Source: Laetmonice hystrix (Eukaryota). From it: a stretch of DNA of 64,000 bases. Each line of letters opens with the position of its first letter. Positions within the stretch are counted from its first letter, which is position 1. Below the pieces are notes generated by a model that saw nothing but the letters and a program-made list of their open reading frames with translations, was not told the DNA's origin and did no database searches. The translations under genes and the position numbers were made by a program. Below, in pieces: positions 42,659 through 57,600 of this stretch. The stretch is from NCBI GenBank assembly GCA_965235115.1, contig OZ249436.1, positions 55,368,001 to 55,432,000 on the forward strand, in the 5' to 3' direction.

Positions 42659-45600
42659 TTATAGCATCACTTCACAGATATAGTTGAGCCTGGCGGCGTA
42701 GCAGTGCCACTCGTCCCACATGGAATCCTTGCCGACGGTCGGCAGGTAGAGACACTGCTGTTCGTGCCCCTTGTTCTTGGGTTGACCGGAGCGCCACCTG
42801 GTGAAGGTCATAGGTCGCTCGGTGCCGACCCAGCGCCACCCTCCGCCGGCCAACATGTTGGTGCCTCCCGTCCACACGTAGTAACTGCTCCAGTGGGCTG
42901 CCACAACATACAACAGACAGAGATATTGTAATATACATTGAACAAATTGTGCGCAGGAGGCTTCCTTCTAGCAATAAGACAATTGTTGATTTAATGGTGG
43001 AATTTCACTCTGGCTGGACTTCCCTGTTTCTGGAAATGGGTTCCATCCTTTAATCTTAAAATCACAGTCAAATAAAGGGGAGATGTTAAAATCGCATGGA
43101 TGTCACAAGGACAATCACCTACGTGTATATGGGTCTACTTTAGTCCGCTGGTCGGTCTGTGGATAGACACCTGATCAGAGTATAGAATAATACGTGTTCT
43201 AGAACATAGAGACCTTTATGTCTCTGCCTTGCCATATGCCGACTTTATTGAGTGCTTCATGCTATATCATATGGGCTTTTATGTATGCCAAATAAATATG
43301 AGAAATACCTGTCGCCGGAAAGTTTACAAAGGGGAAGGCTGAAATGTAAAGTTCTAGACTTTTTGTTTGGCGATACGAACCGTTTAAGTTGATTTTCTCA
43401 GAGAATAGTTTAAACCAATTTCTTAGGTCATATGCCTGCTCTACAAATTGGCAATACCGCGTACACTTCTTTTCATCCCATTCTTACAAACACGGTATTC
43501 AACTGCATTAGCTCGGAATTTATTCCTGTTGAAAACCACAGAACAGTAATTTAATTCCTTTCCAAACACCTTTAGTGTAAATGTGAGAGGTGTGAGTCGG
43601 TGTCAAGTGGTATTTCCTAAAAAGTGGACACTGATTCCTTTTTTAATGTTTAATCAGTTGAGAAGGGGAAAGAAAACGAAAAGAAACATTTAAAAACCCT
43701 TGACGGCCATTTGTCGTTGCGAACAAATATGGTTGTTGGAAGTGACGGGTTGTATGCGTGCACATTTTGATATCCTCTGTTCGATGCATCATAAACATAT
43801 ATCGTAGCAAGGCTGTATATACAAACAAACATTCTGTGTTGACATCATTGACCTTACAGATCCAAGACTGACTGGTCCGCTTGTATACATCTAACAACAC
43901 ATCGTCACCACAAAACATGCTGTTTTGTCAATGTGAAGACAACATGTCAATTGTATTCACTTTAACATATGACCCAAACAAACTAAAAATATGGCGCAAC
44001 AAGATTGCCATCGGGGTATCTGGTATCTTAAAGAAAGCAGTCTGACTTCACCACAGCAGTGCTGAATGTTTTTCTCCAGACATACCTGAAATATATAGAA
44101 AAGGAGGATGGCTGATACCCTACTACCGCGGCCGTACCTACTGTAGCCCGGCGTCCTGTTGTGACCTCGACGGGACAATGACGTGGTCCATTAGGCCTAA
44201 ACACACAGACCCTTAATACTGAAGACGTTTACAAGTCTTGCTTCAGTTTATTTTAATAATATTACCCGCCTCGCTTTTCCCACTGGGCACCTGCCGACTC
44301 CCATGGACCACCCATATTGGGCCCCCATCAAACTGCTGATCATATTTGTTTTTCTGCTCAATCCCTGTGGCATATTATTTCAGGGCAGAATTTTCATAAA
44401 GTAAACTGAGTGGCAGATGACATGTGTGTGTTGTACAATGGAAGTGTCGTGTCTGTGTATGTGTGTGTGTCTCGTCAGCCCCAGGCCAGTCTGTATACAC
44501 TGTTGGCTGAGGCTTTTACTACAGAGTAAGAACAGGAAAGGTGTGAGATCATTTGTAGGAAAAAAATAATACAAAACGGAAGAGCAGGTTTTAAGGGCAA
44601 TATTGACGCAGGATTTTGTATATTCTCAAGGTGTTGTCAAGGCCATCTGAAGGTTGGTGAAGGAGAAGGAGGGCTACCAGGAAATATTAATGGACTTTCT
44701 CTTTTTGTGACGCGGAGGATTTTGGCTGAGGGTCCTTGAACTTTCTCTGGGTTGCTGCCCTCAGCGTGGACTTTCTAAGCGGTTGCGATATTGCCAGATT
44801 ATAAGTATAATCAAAACCAGGGTCCGATTTCTGAGAAATAATGTTCTTGCTAAAGGCTGAACTTAATGCTTCTGTCTTTATTAGCTGATCAGCCAATCAG
44901 AAGCGTTAAGCTTAATAAGCAAGATCTTTAGTTTATAAAAAGGGACCAAGCTGTGTAATATTGAAAACTTTTAGAATCGATCATGTCGTGTTTACCTGCA
45001 TTGTACTGTCGGTACATGACAATGTAGTCCTGTTCACTCTCCGTTTCTATGGCGACCAGGTGGGAGTTAGGATGGCGGTGTTGGCAGTGTTTTTCAGCGT
45101 CCACCCAATGTTCGCTGACGTTAGAGAAGAAGTAACAGGACGGGCCGTGACGTACAAAATCTTCTGGACAGCTGTTAACTGGAAGTCACAAAACAGAGAC
45201 ACTGAGAAAAAGTAATGCTGCAAGTAGTCTTTCAGGGCCAGACGTGTTCGGGAGAAAAAATAAATTACATGGATTCGATGGGGTTTTGTTGTTGTCCCGA
45301 TAAAAAGTGAAAGCGGCTAGCGGGAATATTTCTGGGGACGTTGAATCGATTCTGGCAGGATCGGACGTTGTATATGGAAGTCAGGACTGTGTGGTTGGGT
45401 ATTGTTGTGAGGTCAAAAAGGAAGAAAATTCACAAGAAAGGAATAAACATGAACTGCCCTGTGTGCTTGTAACAAATAAAGAAAAGCAGCGATAAAGGAA
45501 ATCAACATAATTGTAAAAGTGCCTCAAGTCGTACACTGCCCTTGGGGAAAAGAAAAAACAAGAAAACAGCACTTCCTCGATATAGCGAGTCTCTGTTAGT

Positions 45601-48600
45601 ACATAAAATACTTGCTTTCTTTGCCGGTAATAGAAAATATCTGGAGGTAATAAACAACTAAATCATTAATATCGACATTCAGTATTGGAATATATGTTTT
45701 TTGCTTTATTAGTTTCACGTGCATAAATTATGTCAGACAAGGCCTTCTGCCAATACCGAGGCTGACATAAAGATAAAATGTAAGTGCGTCACACTGGTCA
45801 CGTCAAATCGATTTATAGCCTCAACCTAGTCCGTCACGTGCAGGATAGACAACTGAAGGCTGACAAATTTGATTATGACCTGGTTGTCATGTGTTGACAT
45901 TAAACAGTATTGGCGGCTGGGTCCGGCGTCTGGATGTTAGCCGACAACGGCCATCACGATCATTGCCGTCAGTGACGGGCGGGCTCTGCAGGAGACAGTC
46001 CGGCATTGGAGCAGCTGCTCAACTCGTTCTATCTCTGCTCACTTCATCAACGTTCTCTCACAGTACGCTCAAATATTACACACACACACCAATAAAAACA
46101 ACGCCTCTTGTGCATCCTCACAGCATGTGGTTTGTGTAAGCGCGGCTCTGTGTTTTTTTTTGGTCCCGATGTCGACAAAATCTACGGCGGTACATCACTT
46201 TGAGGTAACCTTTGGATGCCGGCGATAAGGCCCGGTCGGTAGGACATGGGCGGGACTCATGAGCACGCCCAATGAAACTAAAACATACATTCTTGGTTCA
46301 TTAGCTGAGAACTGTCCAGGTTTTAAGGCATGAGAGAGTGAGAGAGAAAAAGGCATGCCAGTGGAGACGGAAGAAAACGTCTATTGTAAACATATGCATG
46401 GAGAAGGTCGGAGTATGCATGTCGATCGCTTCAGATCTGGGCTTCAAGCTTCTCGTAGAGGTCTTCCTTTCAAGCCTGCAGTATCTGAACAATTCGGGCG
46501 TTGATAAGTACGTAAATATTTATCGCAGGTGATAAATAGATGTGAGCGGGAGAAGTTGGTTCCATCTGGCCCTGCTGAATGAATGCGTCAGGGACACTTG
46601 GTGGGTGAGGTTTAAATGTACTTGGATGTAAACCAAATTGAGCTCAGAATGCCGTTATCAAGAGACCTTCCGAGTAGATGTTTGTATCCGCAGATTGTTT
46701 TGTCATTATATGCATGGCTATAATATGCATGGCTATAATACAGGGCGCAAACATGATCTCATTCATATTAACGCGGCCAGTCGTGATCGGATTATCGGGT
46801 TGAATGGTTTGGTGGGTGTGGGAGAGGTGACCCCTCGCACGAAGGTCAAGGTCGGGTCGACGAGAGACACGTGGGGCGATAGCAGCGACACCTGTCGGCA
46901 CGTGAGGAGGCCCGACGTTAGTCCAAGGGCCCTGCAGGTGGCAGGGTCGGGGGGGGGGGGGGGGGTCTGACCGGTGCTGTGGATGCATGGATGACCGCCA
47001 TGACGCCCTGGAGGAGGTGAAACATTCCTCCTGTCAGAGATGCCTTCTCCCTGACCCTCCTCCGGTCGTGTACAGCAGGGAGGATTAACATCTCGTGATA
47101 AACCCAAGCGTTCCGGCTACCCCTATAGTTTACCCCACCCCCTGACCAGTTCCACTGTCACACCGAGTCTCATCACCTACCGAGGGTAATCACCCCGCTC
47201 TCCACATGATATCTTCAACTGTAACACTTTGATGTACCGGCAATTAGGGAACTCTCGGGAGAAGAAAGTATTTGACGGATGCCCACCATTTCACGGCATT
47301 AATACATGAAGGATCCGGACAACAAGGCATTAGTCTCCTCCACATAATCATACGGTACCAACTTGTGGGCCTACTATTGCCCATATCATAATGACCTTTA
47401 CTTATGTTCTAGGTGTAGTGTTGCCGTTACACAGGGAATGGAGATTGAACAGAAAATGCTGACATCATTGGTAGCGGTACTACCTTGGTCAGACATTAAC
47501 CGCAGGTATGGTACTGGACATTGATAGCCTAGACGGCTGGAGAGACATTGTTCGTTTGGCCGTTGGTGTCGGAGTTACAAAGTAGTTCAACTTTACCGCA
47601 GGTGATGCTGGCTACACGTCGATAGGCTCCGGGGCCCCAGTCACCCTTGATTTATTTTATGTTTTCGCCTGCAAGGCTTATGACAGAAACTTTGGCACAC
47701 TAACAAGCAGTAGCTAAGCTTATTTGAATTGATTCTTTGTTGTTTATGGTGCAATAAAGATTCAGTTTTTGTTATTTTCTTAATTAAATTTGTTCCTAAA
47801 TTAAAATACATAGTGATTTTACCTCACTAAGGCAATTTGGATGTGCGGAGAACTGAATATAAGACGCAAGGCCTCCTATCTCATGAAGTACGAAATGTTC
47901 TCAAGGGTTTCAGGGCAGACATTCCACCAAAATCTAGCGGCCAAATTCCGGATCTGTTCCGCTTGACTGAGGGACCACAGTCTCAACCGTAGTGCTGACG
48001 TTGTGCCCTTGGCTGTAAAATAGAAACTCGCCGAGGGGTTTTGGCATCACTCAACACATATTTCACTCGAGATGACGGGGTTTTATAATGAGTCGTACAC
48101 ACAGCAAACTGTGTGACATGTTTCCCGTCCTTGAGTAAACCTTTCGCGTGGGAACTGTCGGTGCTGTGTGCAGCTTTGACAAATTATTTGATGAATGGGT
48201 GGCGATAACCGTCGGTGACATGGAAAGTATCTGTACAGGTTCTTTGGATTACGAAGCTCGGAGCTCGTGGTGTACCTGTATCATATATCAGGACGTCACC
48301 TGGGATGTACAGTATACGTCAGTGTACTGTAGGCGTGAGACTTGCACGACATCCGCTCTCAGTTTTACAATCACTTATACAGTAGACGATAAGAAATGGT
48401 TTAGGGTGAAGAAGTTTAACTAACAGTAGTATTTAAATTATGAAAAAGTAGGAGTTTTACTTATTTTTACCCCAGTTTTTTTTTCTTCGATTAAAAATAT
48501 ATATATCCTGTAGAGCCATGTATTTCACAGAGAGGGTAATGTTCTCCCGATTTTTAGTTCTTTAGGAGGAATAAGAAGACGGTCTACAGCAAGTAGTGTC

Positions 48601-51600
48601 TCTAAAATGTTCTTCCACACGATGAGTAGAATAGAGTTTAAAGAAATTTATGGCCATATCACATTCTAATTATGTGAGGTGAATAACAACTTATAGCTGA
48701 GTGTGGTCTCCTTTCGACCAGGGATGGTTTTCTGATCAGCAACTTTGCAAGCAGAAAAAAAGTGTTGCGGGGGGAGCAGGTCCATGGTGAAATGGTACTT
48801 CAAAAACTTAAAGGGGGAGGGGGGCATGGTCCCCTCTCCCCCATGGCCTGACCCCATGCCCCCCCCCCGTTCCGACATAGTGGTGGGTAATGCCTCCTAT
48901 AGTATACTTGGCCTGGTGGCAGGACCACGGGAGCCGGTTAGTGGTAGTGTACAGGTAGTAGCCCCTTTAATAGCCCCGTGTTTAATGGCCAGGATCAGGA
49001 CCTAGTGGATAGGTTTAATCAAACGGTCTGGTATGGTCACGGGCACACCCAGCCGACGTAAGGCCTTTACCAACCTTTTCTCTCAAAATGGACGGAGAAA
49101 GGAAAGTACTCATGGTCCACAGGATTTTCATTGCTTTGATAATATACAAACACATATGAGAAATTATATCTTTTAAACTGCTGTTTTCTGGTAGGCGTAA
49201 ATGCGTACTTTGAAAACCTGCATCCGCCACTGACAGACTGACTTGATTTCAGTCCAGTATCTGGCTATCAAACCCTTGTGCTGACACACACAAAATTTAG
49301 GATATCGAGGGAATCGGGTAGATATGGTAGGTGGACTGTCGCAAGAACAAATATCTGGAAAAAAACAGAGGTATTTTCATAATAGTACCCGTAGCTGGGT
49401 GATTATTGCTTTTTAAAGGGCATTCCATTTCACATACTTGCATAATGGACAAAGCAGGCTGCCGAATTGAAGGCAATCTGTCCCTAACAGGGTAGCGGTA
49501 TTAAAGGGGGAGTTAAAGTGGAGGTACAGAGTAAAGTTGTCTGAGTTGACACTCATGGTTGCAGCTGTCAAAGGTGTCATAATGCCATGCTTGTCAAGGG
49601 ACTTGGATAATCTGTCATCAGCCTGTCAACAGAGTGTCCAAATATTGACGCTACAACTTTGATTTATCAAGGTTCTGAGAAAGCTATACCTGGTGGACGG
49701 AGAAGGGGGCGGCAGGGGGCCGTGACACAGAGGGGGTAGGGGTGTCAGCCGTCAAATGTTCACTGAAGTGGCATTAATCATCTTACTCTCTCACCTGTCA
49801 CTGTGAGTCTGTCCGCACCTGTCAAAGACAACATCAAAGCACCTGTTCTCACACGCGCTCCAAAGCATCAGAACCATTTTTTTTAATGTCCTGAATTTGT
49901 TTTGTGTGTCAACACTTGTGTCAAAGAGTCCGATATTCTGTAAGGTTTTACTGGCAGGGTTATGACATGTGGGCGTGGAAAAATGTATTCAGAAGTATCA
50001 CAAGTCCATTGTTACCTAGCTCAGCAATGCCGAGAATTCTCCGCTTGCTCACAGATGGATTCACATAAAAAACAATTCTGCACTAACAACGTTCTACAAA
50101 CCACCAACAAAAAGACAAGAATCGTGCCAGAGAATGTTCCGTGGGAGAAACTTCACTCAACCTCAAATGCATAGGATACTAAGACTAAGAGTATGTTCTT
50201 TAACTTTAGTCATTGCATGCTAAGACTTCACAAAGTGAAAGTTTGTTCCTTAAAAAAAAGTGAGGTACTTAATCTGTCCTGCTTTGGACCTCGCAACTGT
50301 CCAGCCGGAACTCATTGGAGATTCGTCACCTATTGACCTACTTCAGGGAAAATCTGACTCGTGGCCAAGTTGTTTGAGCGTATCGACGTTTTAGTTTGGA
50401 TCCTGATTACACTCCAGGTAGACCAGTTCAAAGGGTGAAATGGTTCTTTTTTAACCTGCCTGCTCTGTAATTAGTATTTATCTGTCTGGCAGTAACTGGC
50501 GGTAAAGGATAAGATAAGGTGTGTTCTTGTCTGAAGAATGTCTACTTTATTCCAGATAGACTAGAAAAGATTCTATAAGATTTATGGGTGGTCCGTCTCG
50601 GTCAGAGAGAAAGCGTATAATTATAGTGGATGAAGATGTGATCTCTTGACCGAGAATCATGTCATTACTTCTTCATCTTTTAACGTGTTTCTAAGTTTGT
50701 AAATAGTTGATGAAGATGACGATCGTTCTAAGGTTTTCAAATACACATTGTGAGACTTTTGATAAGTTCGGAGATTTCATGCAGAGATTTCAATCTTGTC
50801 AAAGAGCACCAGATAAGTGGGACAAAAAATGACGACTGAGGTGAATATAAATAATAATTTTAAATAGCAGGGAGGATTGAACCGATGTCGGTCTTATGAA
50901 AGGGAATTATGAGGATTTACTGTGAACCCGGGAGATGAGGGCACGTCAAAAAATACATGATTTAGATATCCGAGTGTATCCCAAATACCGCATAAATAGA
51001 TACAAGATGTGGCCAGAGGCTATGACCTTTCAAACCTGGGGAAGCCACATCTGGCAAGACGCTGCCAATGGTCAACTCCAGTCGAGATTTCTCCTCTAGA
51101 TATTCCCACCAAGGGTCAGGCTCAGAAATAGCCAATGATTTAGGAGGTCAAACATGACAGGCGATGTCAATTTCCGCAGATTTGCAGCACGTTTATCCCC
51201 CGCCAGCCACCGATAGAGAGAGACAGGACTGGGGAGATATCCAACACCAATGGTCGACCCGGCGGTAAAGATCTGTTCAGTAAACCTTTGATTGGGAAAG
51301 ATTCATGACCTGTAGGCCGAGCTCTGAATCTTGACAGTGTTAGCGCCATCCATTTAGCTGAATGGGTAAATTGGAGTTGTTGACAACAGAATCAGTTGAG
51401 GATTCGTGGGTGGTGGGCTCCCCAAGGAGGGCAGAAACCGCGTGCACGTGTCGACGTGCATGTGTGTGGCTAGCTTCCTGGGAAAGGTCCGCCCCACCCC
51501 AGCCCCGCCCTCCTGAAATGGTCATCATTTTGGTGGTCATCCTGTACCTCTGAGTTTTATACACCAGTGCGGCAACGTATGGGAAAGAAATGAAAAGTAG

Positions 51601-54600
51601 CGGGGTTCTTCCTTTTCAGAATATTAACGCTGAACTAATTAACTTAGAACCCTTGTCTGCCCCAGGTTTTCGTATCTGATATTGCAGCCAGCATGAAACA
51701 TTATAGTTTACACGTACTGAATGTTCGGTATGATCAACCAACTCAACCCGAATTTGTTTTCACAGCGATCGCATGAAGAACTCTACTGTCATCTGATCAA
51801 ACAATCTCTGATTGATGCCAGGAAGGTAGTGATTAGAAGAGCTTGCTTAGACTCTCCAATATATTTGTATTTTATCGTTACGTCATATTGATATCCGTGT
51901 CGATATACGAAGTGACTGGATGGCAGCGCACCCTGGTGAGTGGAAATGACATGGCGCCGTCTTGGATGGGCATCAATTGACCCTCGGCGGTGAATCGTAC
52001 GGTGGGCAGGGTTCGTGCACGTCCTGGCCAAGTTACGTCCTGTGACGTTTATTGTGTTTGTCTTGGGGTGGCTGGGCAACACGCCAACTGAACTTTATAC
52101 ATTCCCAGAAACCCCAGAAACGTTAAACGAATGTATGAAAAGATAGGCCGGCATGTCTTTCCTCGATTCCTTTTTTCTTTTTTCCCCCTTTTTTATAAAC
52201 TTTGAAAAACATCCTAGAAAGTCTGTCCAGATGACCTTGAAAAGGTGACACTGAAAAGAACCTGAGAAAAGATTCTTGAGTTCTGATTGCTTCAGCATCG
52301 GCCCGAGAATGCTACAAGGATCGAACGTGCCGTTGTAACGTACGTGGTGTGGTACCTGAATCTTTATGGGTACTTCAAAAACAGAGGCCAGGAAACCCTC
52401 AAAGTATTTGATCATGACCCACCCGGGAGAAGAACTCCGTAGGGGGGATCTGACGTCTTGAACCCCTCATCATAACCTGGCTGGCACCGTCTTCTTTTGG
52501 GTCTTGATGTAGCCAAAGTAAGTTTGAAAACAGATGTTGACCCTTCACACGATTGCAGGCATTCAGATGTATTAGCGAGCGACCAGCTGGAAGGTATTGA
52601 GCTATGCTGTCTGTGCCGAGACGAGACTCGCTGCTTTCTGCACGCGCTGCGCTGTTTCCGAGTATCGTAAGTTCCCGATTTAAAGCCACGTTTCTATTTT
52701 AGTTCAAGTTCAGGTAAAAATCCTAAACTTCAACTAGTGAAATACCCCGAGTCTGTTAGTTACAGTGAGAAATAACTGATGTAAAACCTCACCAGACTGG
52801 CTTACAGGGCCGAGTTAATTAAAGGTGTCGCGTCATGTAGAACCTTTACGGTAGCTGGGTCCATCGACCTCGGATAACGGGTTTATAAGCTGAGGTAGCA
52901 AACAAACTGTGTGGAGAACGGTGGCCGTGAGGAGGACTAACATGTCCATTAGGGTACCCCACACTCCCATTAACCGGTGGCTGTGAAGACACTGTAATGA
53001 GTCTGGAGCACTTGAAGTGATATGGTGGTTGATGATCTGGTTGGTAATTAGTGTCAATCGTAATGAGGTCTGACCGACGCGAGGAGGGAGGACCGGGGCC
53101 CGCTGGCACCGCCAACAACTCGGGGCCATACTAGCTTTGGCTACACAGACATTGAATATTGCTTGTTGATGCAACCAGGTTGCAGATCTACCAGGCAGTC
53201 AATGAAGTAGATTCGGGTTACTTTGACCCTGCGACGATATTTACAATAGCGTGGAAGTTGTATTTGTTGTGACTGCCCCCACCCGCTCTCGGCTGACATA
53301 TTGCCCACAGAACACTTCATCTGTGATATCTATCCTGCAGACGTTGCAGAATAACAAAGGAAAACTGATACGAAGTACAGCTGTGTCCACACGAGTGTAT
53401 ACATCATTACTGGATGACATTGTTGGAAGAATATGTGACTTATAGTGAGGAGTAGAATCTTGATTCTTACTGGGAAAAAAGGCAGAGTTGTTCTTATCCA
53501 TTGAATCCACGCGAAGTTTCCGAGATGGGCCGCCGCAATCAAATCGCTGTGAAAAATAAACCTCTAAGGATCGTCATAGTTTGCGGCTGTCTGGCTGCTA
53601 TTTTATCTCAGAAGATGATTGGTTGCTTTGGTTGCTCAGTTGATAACATCAGCGTTATGACATGAAGCAGAGCTGTGGTGGTCCTTGCAAGCGGTTGCCT
53701 TGAGACGGTTCATAGACTGGCCTGGAGACAGTGGCTCCGATAGGCTGGGCCCTGGAGACACGTCTGGCTGGAAGTGAGGCTCTCGTACACTTCTCGTTAT
53801 CGGCGAGATGTTGAGGGCCGGTTCGGACCCCATATACAGCATCCCTCACATAGCCACGTCAGGAATTATTGAAAATGACTACGTCTTGAAGTTTACAAGC
53901 AGGATTTTACGAGAGCTACCAGCGACTATACTCGACTTGATGCACGTTTCCAACATGATGACCATGACCTTTCAGGGATGTTTGGACTTCGTTATTCAGG
54001 AATCTCTATTATCTTAATCCCATGCCACACAGGCAGAGTATTATTGTTTGTTTCGGTTGATACACTCGTTTACCTTCTATTAAATATTTTTTGAAATATT
54101 TGAACTTTAATCGGTGTCCACGACCTTTTTTTACCGAGTTTAGTTGACGCTATCAAAACGTTTATAAATTTTTAAGCTCAGTGCGTCATTTTACTACCAA
54201 ACACACTGAAGTAGAGAAAAAAGTAGGCCTACTCTGCATGTCATTAAAAAAAACAAATTCGGGAAGTTCTAAATGACTTCTGTGCAACTTTAACTTTTGA
54301 ACGGGAAATATAGATTGTCTGAGACAGAAGTCGAGGACCAGAGCATGATTAGATTACGACTGGCGTAAACAACGTCAGGAAATTGATTTTCTGAAGGAAT
54401 GGACTCGCATTATGGTATAGAGGAGACAGACACATGGGACTACCGTTAGACATTGGCGCACCGTAGCTTGGAGCTCTTAATGAGCTCATCTCAGACTACA
54501 AGCCCAGAGCTACCGTTTTTATTCTCCAGACTTATGGTTATGCATAGAGGATTATCGAAGAATTTAAGATTTTTTTTGGGGCAGGCCCGTAGGCTGGTCT

Positions 54601-57600
54601 GAAAATGGGTGGGTTACCTATCAGGGGCGGATCCAGGATTTTCAAAACGGGGGGAGGGGTGCTATGGAAAAAGGGCACGTTCTCACCCCCTCCCCCCAGT
54701 GAGTATAGCCTAAACAGTCAAATAAAAGTGGCATAGGCCTATAGACCTATGCACATATCCACAGGGCCGTAGAAAAAAATTAAATTACAGTGCCAAATAC
54801 GCGATATAGACCAGCCTTGAGGGCTATAATAGGCCTAGACAATTGGACATTTTGATTTTAAATATCTTTCGTAAAAATAAAAAAGGGCACTTGAGGGGGA
54901 GAGAAAAGGGGTGCACTGCTTATAGTGAAATGAGTTCCATAAATTTGCATGGGGTGGATCCAGAGCGGTTTCTTGACCATGTACTGATATTGAAACTGCT
55001 GGTTTCCAATACCAGTGGTTCCAACGTTTAAGAATGTGAAATGCAGCAGCAAAGCCACTGTAGGCACGAACTGTTTGTAGGGTGGTCCGGGGGCATGCTC
55101 CCCCTGCAGGAATTTTTTTAAACTAGGAGTGAAATGGTGCATTCTGGGGGCATTTTGGCCATGTTTCAGAAATCTGAGAGCAATTACTGAGGCACAGTAA
55201 TGGCCTACAAGGAATCTCTTTAGATTTTTAGATTGGGAAGTAACCCCCCCCCCCCCCCGGGTGGTTCTCGCCCCTTTTGAGGTACCAGTGGCAGTGCAGT
55301 TCTGCCCCTGGTCAGGTCATATTGAATATGGGCGTGCTAGGGGGGTCTGCATCTGGGGTCCGGGACATGTTTCCCCAGAAAAAAATTAAAAATTGGAGGC
55401 CTAACAACCATACATCTGGGGTATTTTCAATTGGCAGGGCATATTTGTGCCCCCTCCCCCAACTGAAATATCGGCCCCACGCCCCTGGGCAGACCTTTAT
55501 ATCTTGACTAGGCGGACCCTGGCTGGCTCTGCGGGTAGGTTACGAGTAACCCAAGTAACCCCCTCAGCCTACGGGCCTGCGGGGGGAAATCTAACTTACT
55601 TTCAGTTCATCAATCTGTTGCAGAAGATTGCGGTATTAACATCCATATTGCAAAATGTGTTCAGTATGTGTTTTTTTCTTCTCGAAGAAAAATATAGAAG
55701 TGGCCAGATTGTGCAGCCCATCTCGACTGATGGTTGGTGCGGACCATCGGTTTGACGATTTTTCTTTCTTTCAGCACCGTTGTCAAATATTAGATCATCT
55801 CGAACATTGGTTAGACGGCATGCTCTTTTCTTTTTCTTTTTTCTTTTTTTTTTTTGAAGACTCTGAAGGTTTATACATATTGGAAGTGGTACGAGTGTGA
55901 TGGGATCCGAGTCATTGAAACACGGAGTGTTGGGTCCGTGAGATGAGCCTCGTGGTCCAGTACTACTAACTACAGTCAACCCCATTCTGCCCTATACTGA
56001 GGCTAAATCTCTTCTAGCAGGTCATTGGCTAGTATTGAATTAAGCAGCGCAACCAAACGCGCTCATAAAGCTATCGGAATAAATCCTCATCATGCACTCG
56101 GCCGTTCGGCCACCACTGATGTAGGATTGTTTTCCTGATTAAACTCATAGATGTTATCGACTAGTCCATTCGGTCTTCATCATGGTTGGGTCGTTGTAGC
56201 CGGTTTGTCTCCGCAGTCCTGATTGGCCATCGGCTGGCCCAACCAACCAGCCCCGCCATTTCATTGGACTTTGGGAGCATGTTTTGTAGGACTGTTGTGT
56301 GCCTAGTGCGGGATGGGGGAGGGGGGAGGGGTAGCAGGCAGAAAAGAGTCTTGACCGACGACCCCCCCCCCCCCATCTCTGCCAATTTCATCTTCAGATG
56401 CATTCCGCACAACGGCCACCACCAGGTCAGGGAGAATACCGTGCAACCCTAGAGACTGCCATAGGGTGCTAGACTGCTAGAACAAAAACACCCCCTCCCC
56501 CACCTCTTAAACAGAATACCCTAAGGGGGTGGATGCACACTGAGTGGTTATCGGTTAACTTTGAAGGGTCATCGACATTTATTCTCCATGAAATGTTGGG
56601 ACTTTTGACGTATCCTATAGTAGAGATTGGACGATGATACCAGCTGTAACTTTGTACCTAACAAAAGGGTGGTCTGTATGCTAGCAGTGATTTCTATTCC
56701 CAGGCACCCGTGTTTTGAGAGGCTATCCGTCACTGTCAACCTAATATAATTTCAACTTTCAAACATCGATCCATGGCCCATCGTTATACTGGTGTGGTTA
56801 ATGTCTAGAGTGGCCAATTGGGTATGGTCGGTGGTAGGCCCAGGGGGGTGGGGGGGGGGGGGGGGCAAGTTGAGAGCCCCCCTTGGGAGGGGTGCCTGGG
56901 GTAGGGATGTATCTGTGGAGTGTGTCAGGCGGGAAGAAGTGACAAGAACAGCCAGTGATCCGCGGCGACTTGATTGATCTCTGATCTCACTGTCAGCACA
57001 GCCCTGGAGGAGGAGGGGGAGAGCGGAGGGGAGTGTCAGTGGACCCTCCCGGCTCACCCCCTTACCTCCCGGGGGTTACCGTCCCAAGCCCCACCCAACC
57101 CCCGTCCTCACAGTCACCCTTGTCAAGGCGACGTCACCCCGGATCACCCGCTCGCCCCTCCCTCCCGGTAGAATCCCATCACATCGGCCAGTCGAGGGTC
57201 CTTAACAAACACAAGACAAGAAATTGGCTTCTTGACCTCTGTATCCTTGAGGTCAACACAAGGACCATGCCTGTGTGGGTCTGACATACTAAACACCCAC
57301 CCAACTTGGAAAGAACGTTTTCGGGACGTTATCATGTATGAATAGAACGTTTGGATTACGTTTTGTCAGTCTGGCAGCAAGGTCTGACGTGTGATGTGGT
57401 CTGTTGTAACCTCCCTGTCTGGTGTTAGCAGGTTGTAACCTCCCTGTCTGGTGTTAGCAGGTTATTACACCAATCCATGTGAGGTTTGTAACTGAGGTAG
57501 CCACTAGTCAGAACATCCCCTTTGAGAGCGAAAAAGGATATGTTGGCAGTCGTTAACAAGTGTTCAAAAGTGGTCAATGTAACCAGTCTGAAGTTTGTCT

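Noticed and set aside
42584..42671. 13-bp direct repeat TTATAGCATCACT overlapping the lectin stop codon
   Set aside because: Too short, with no element structure between the copies.
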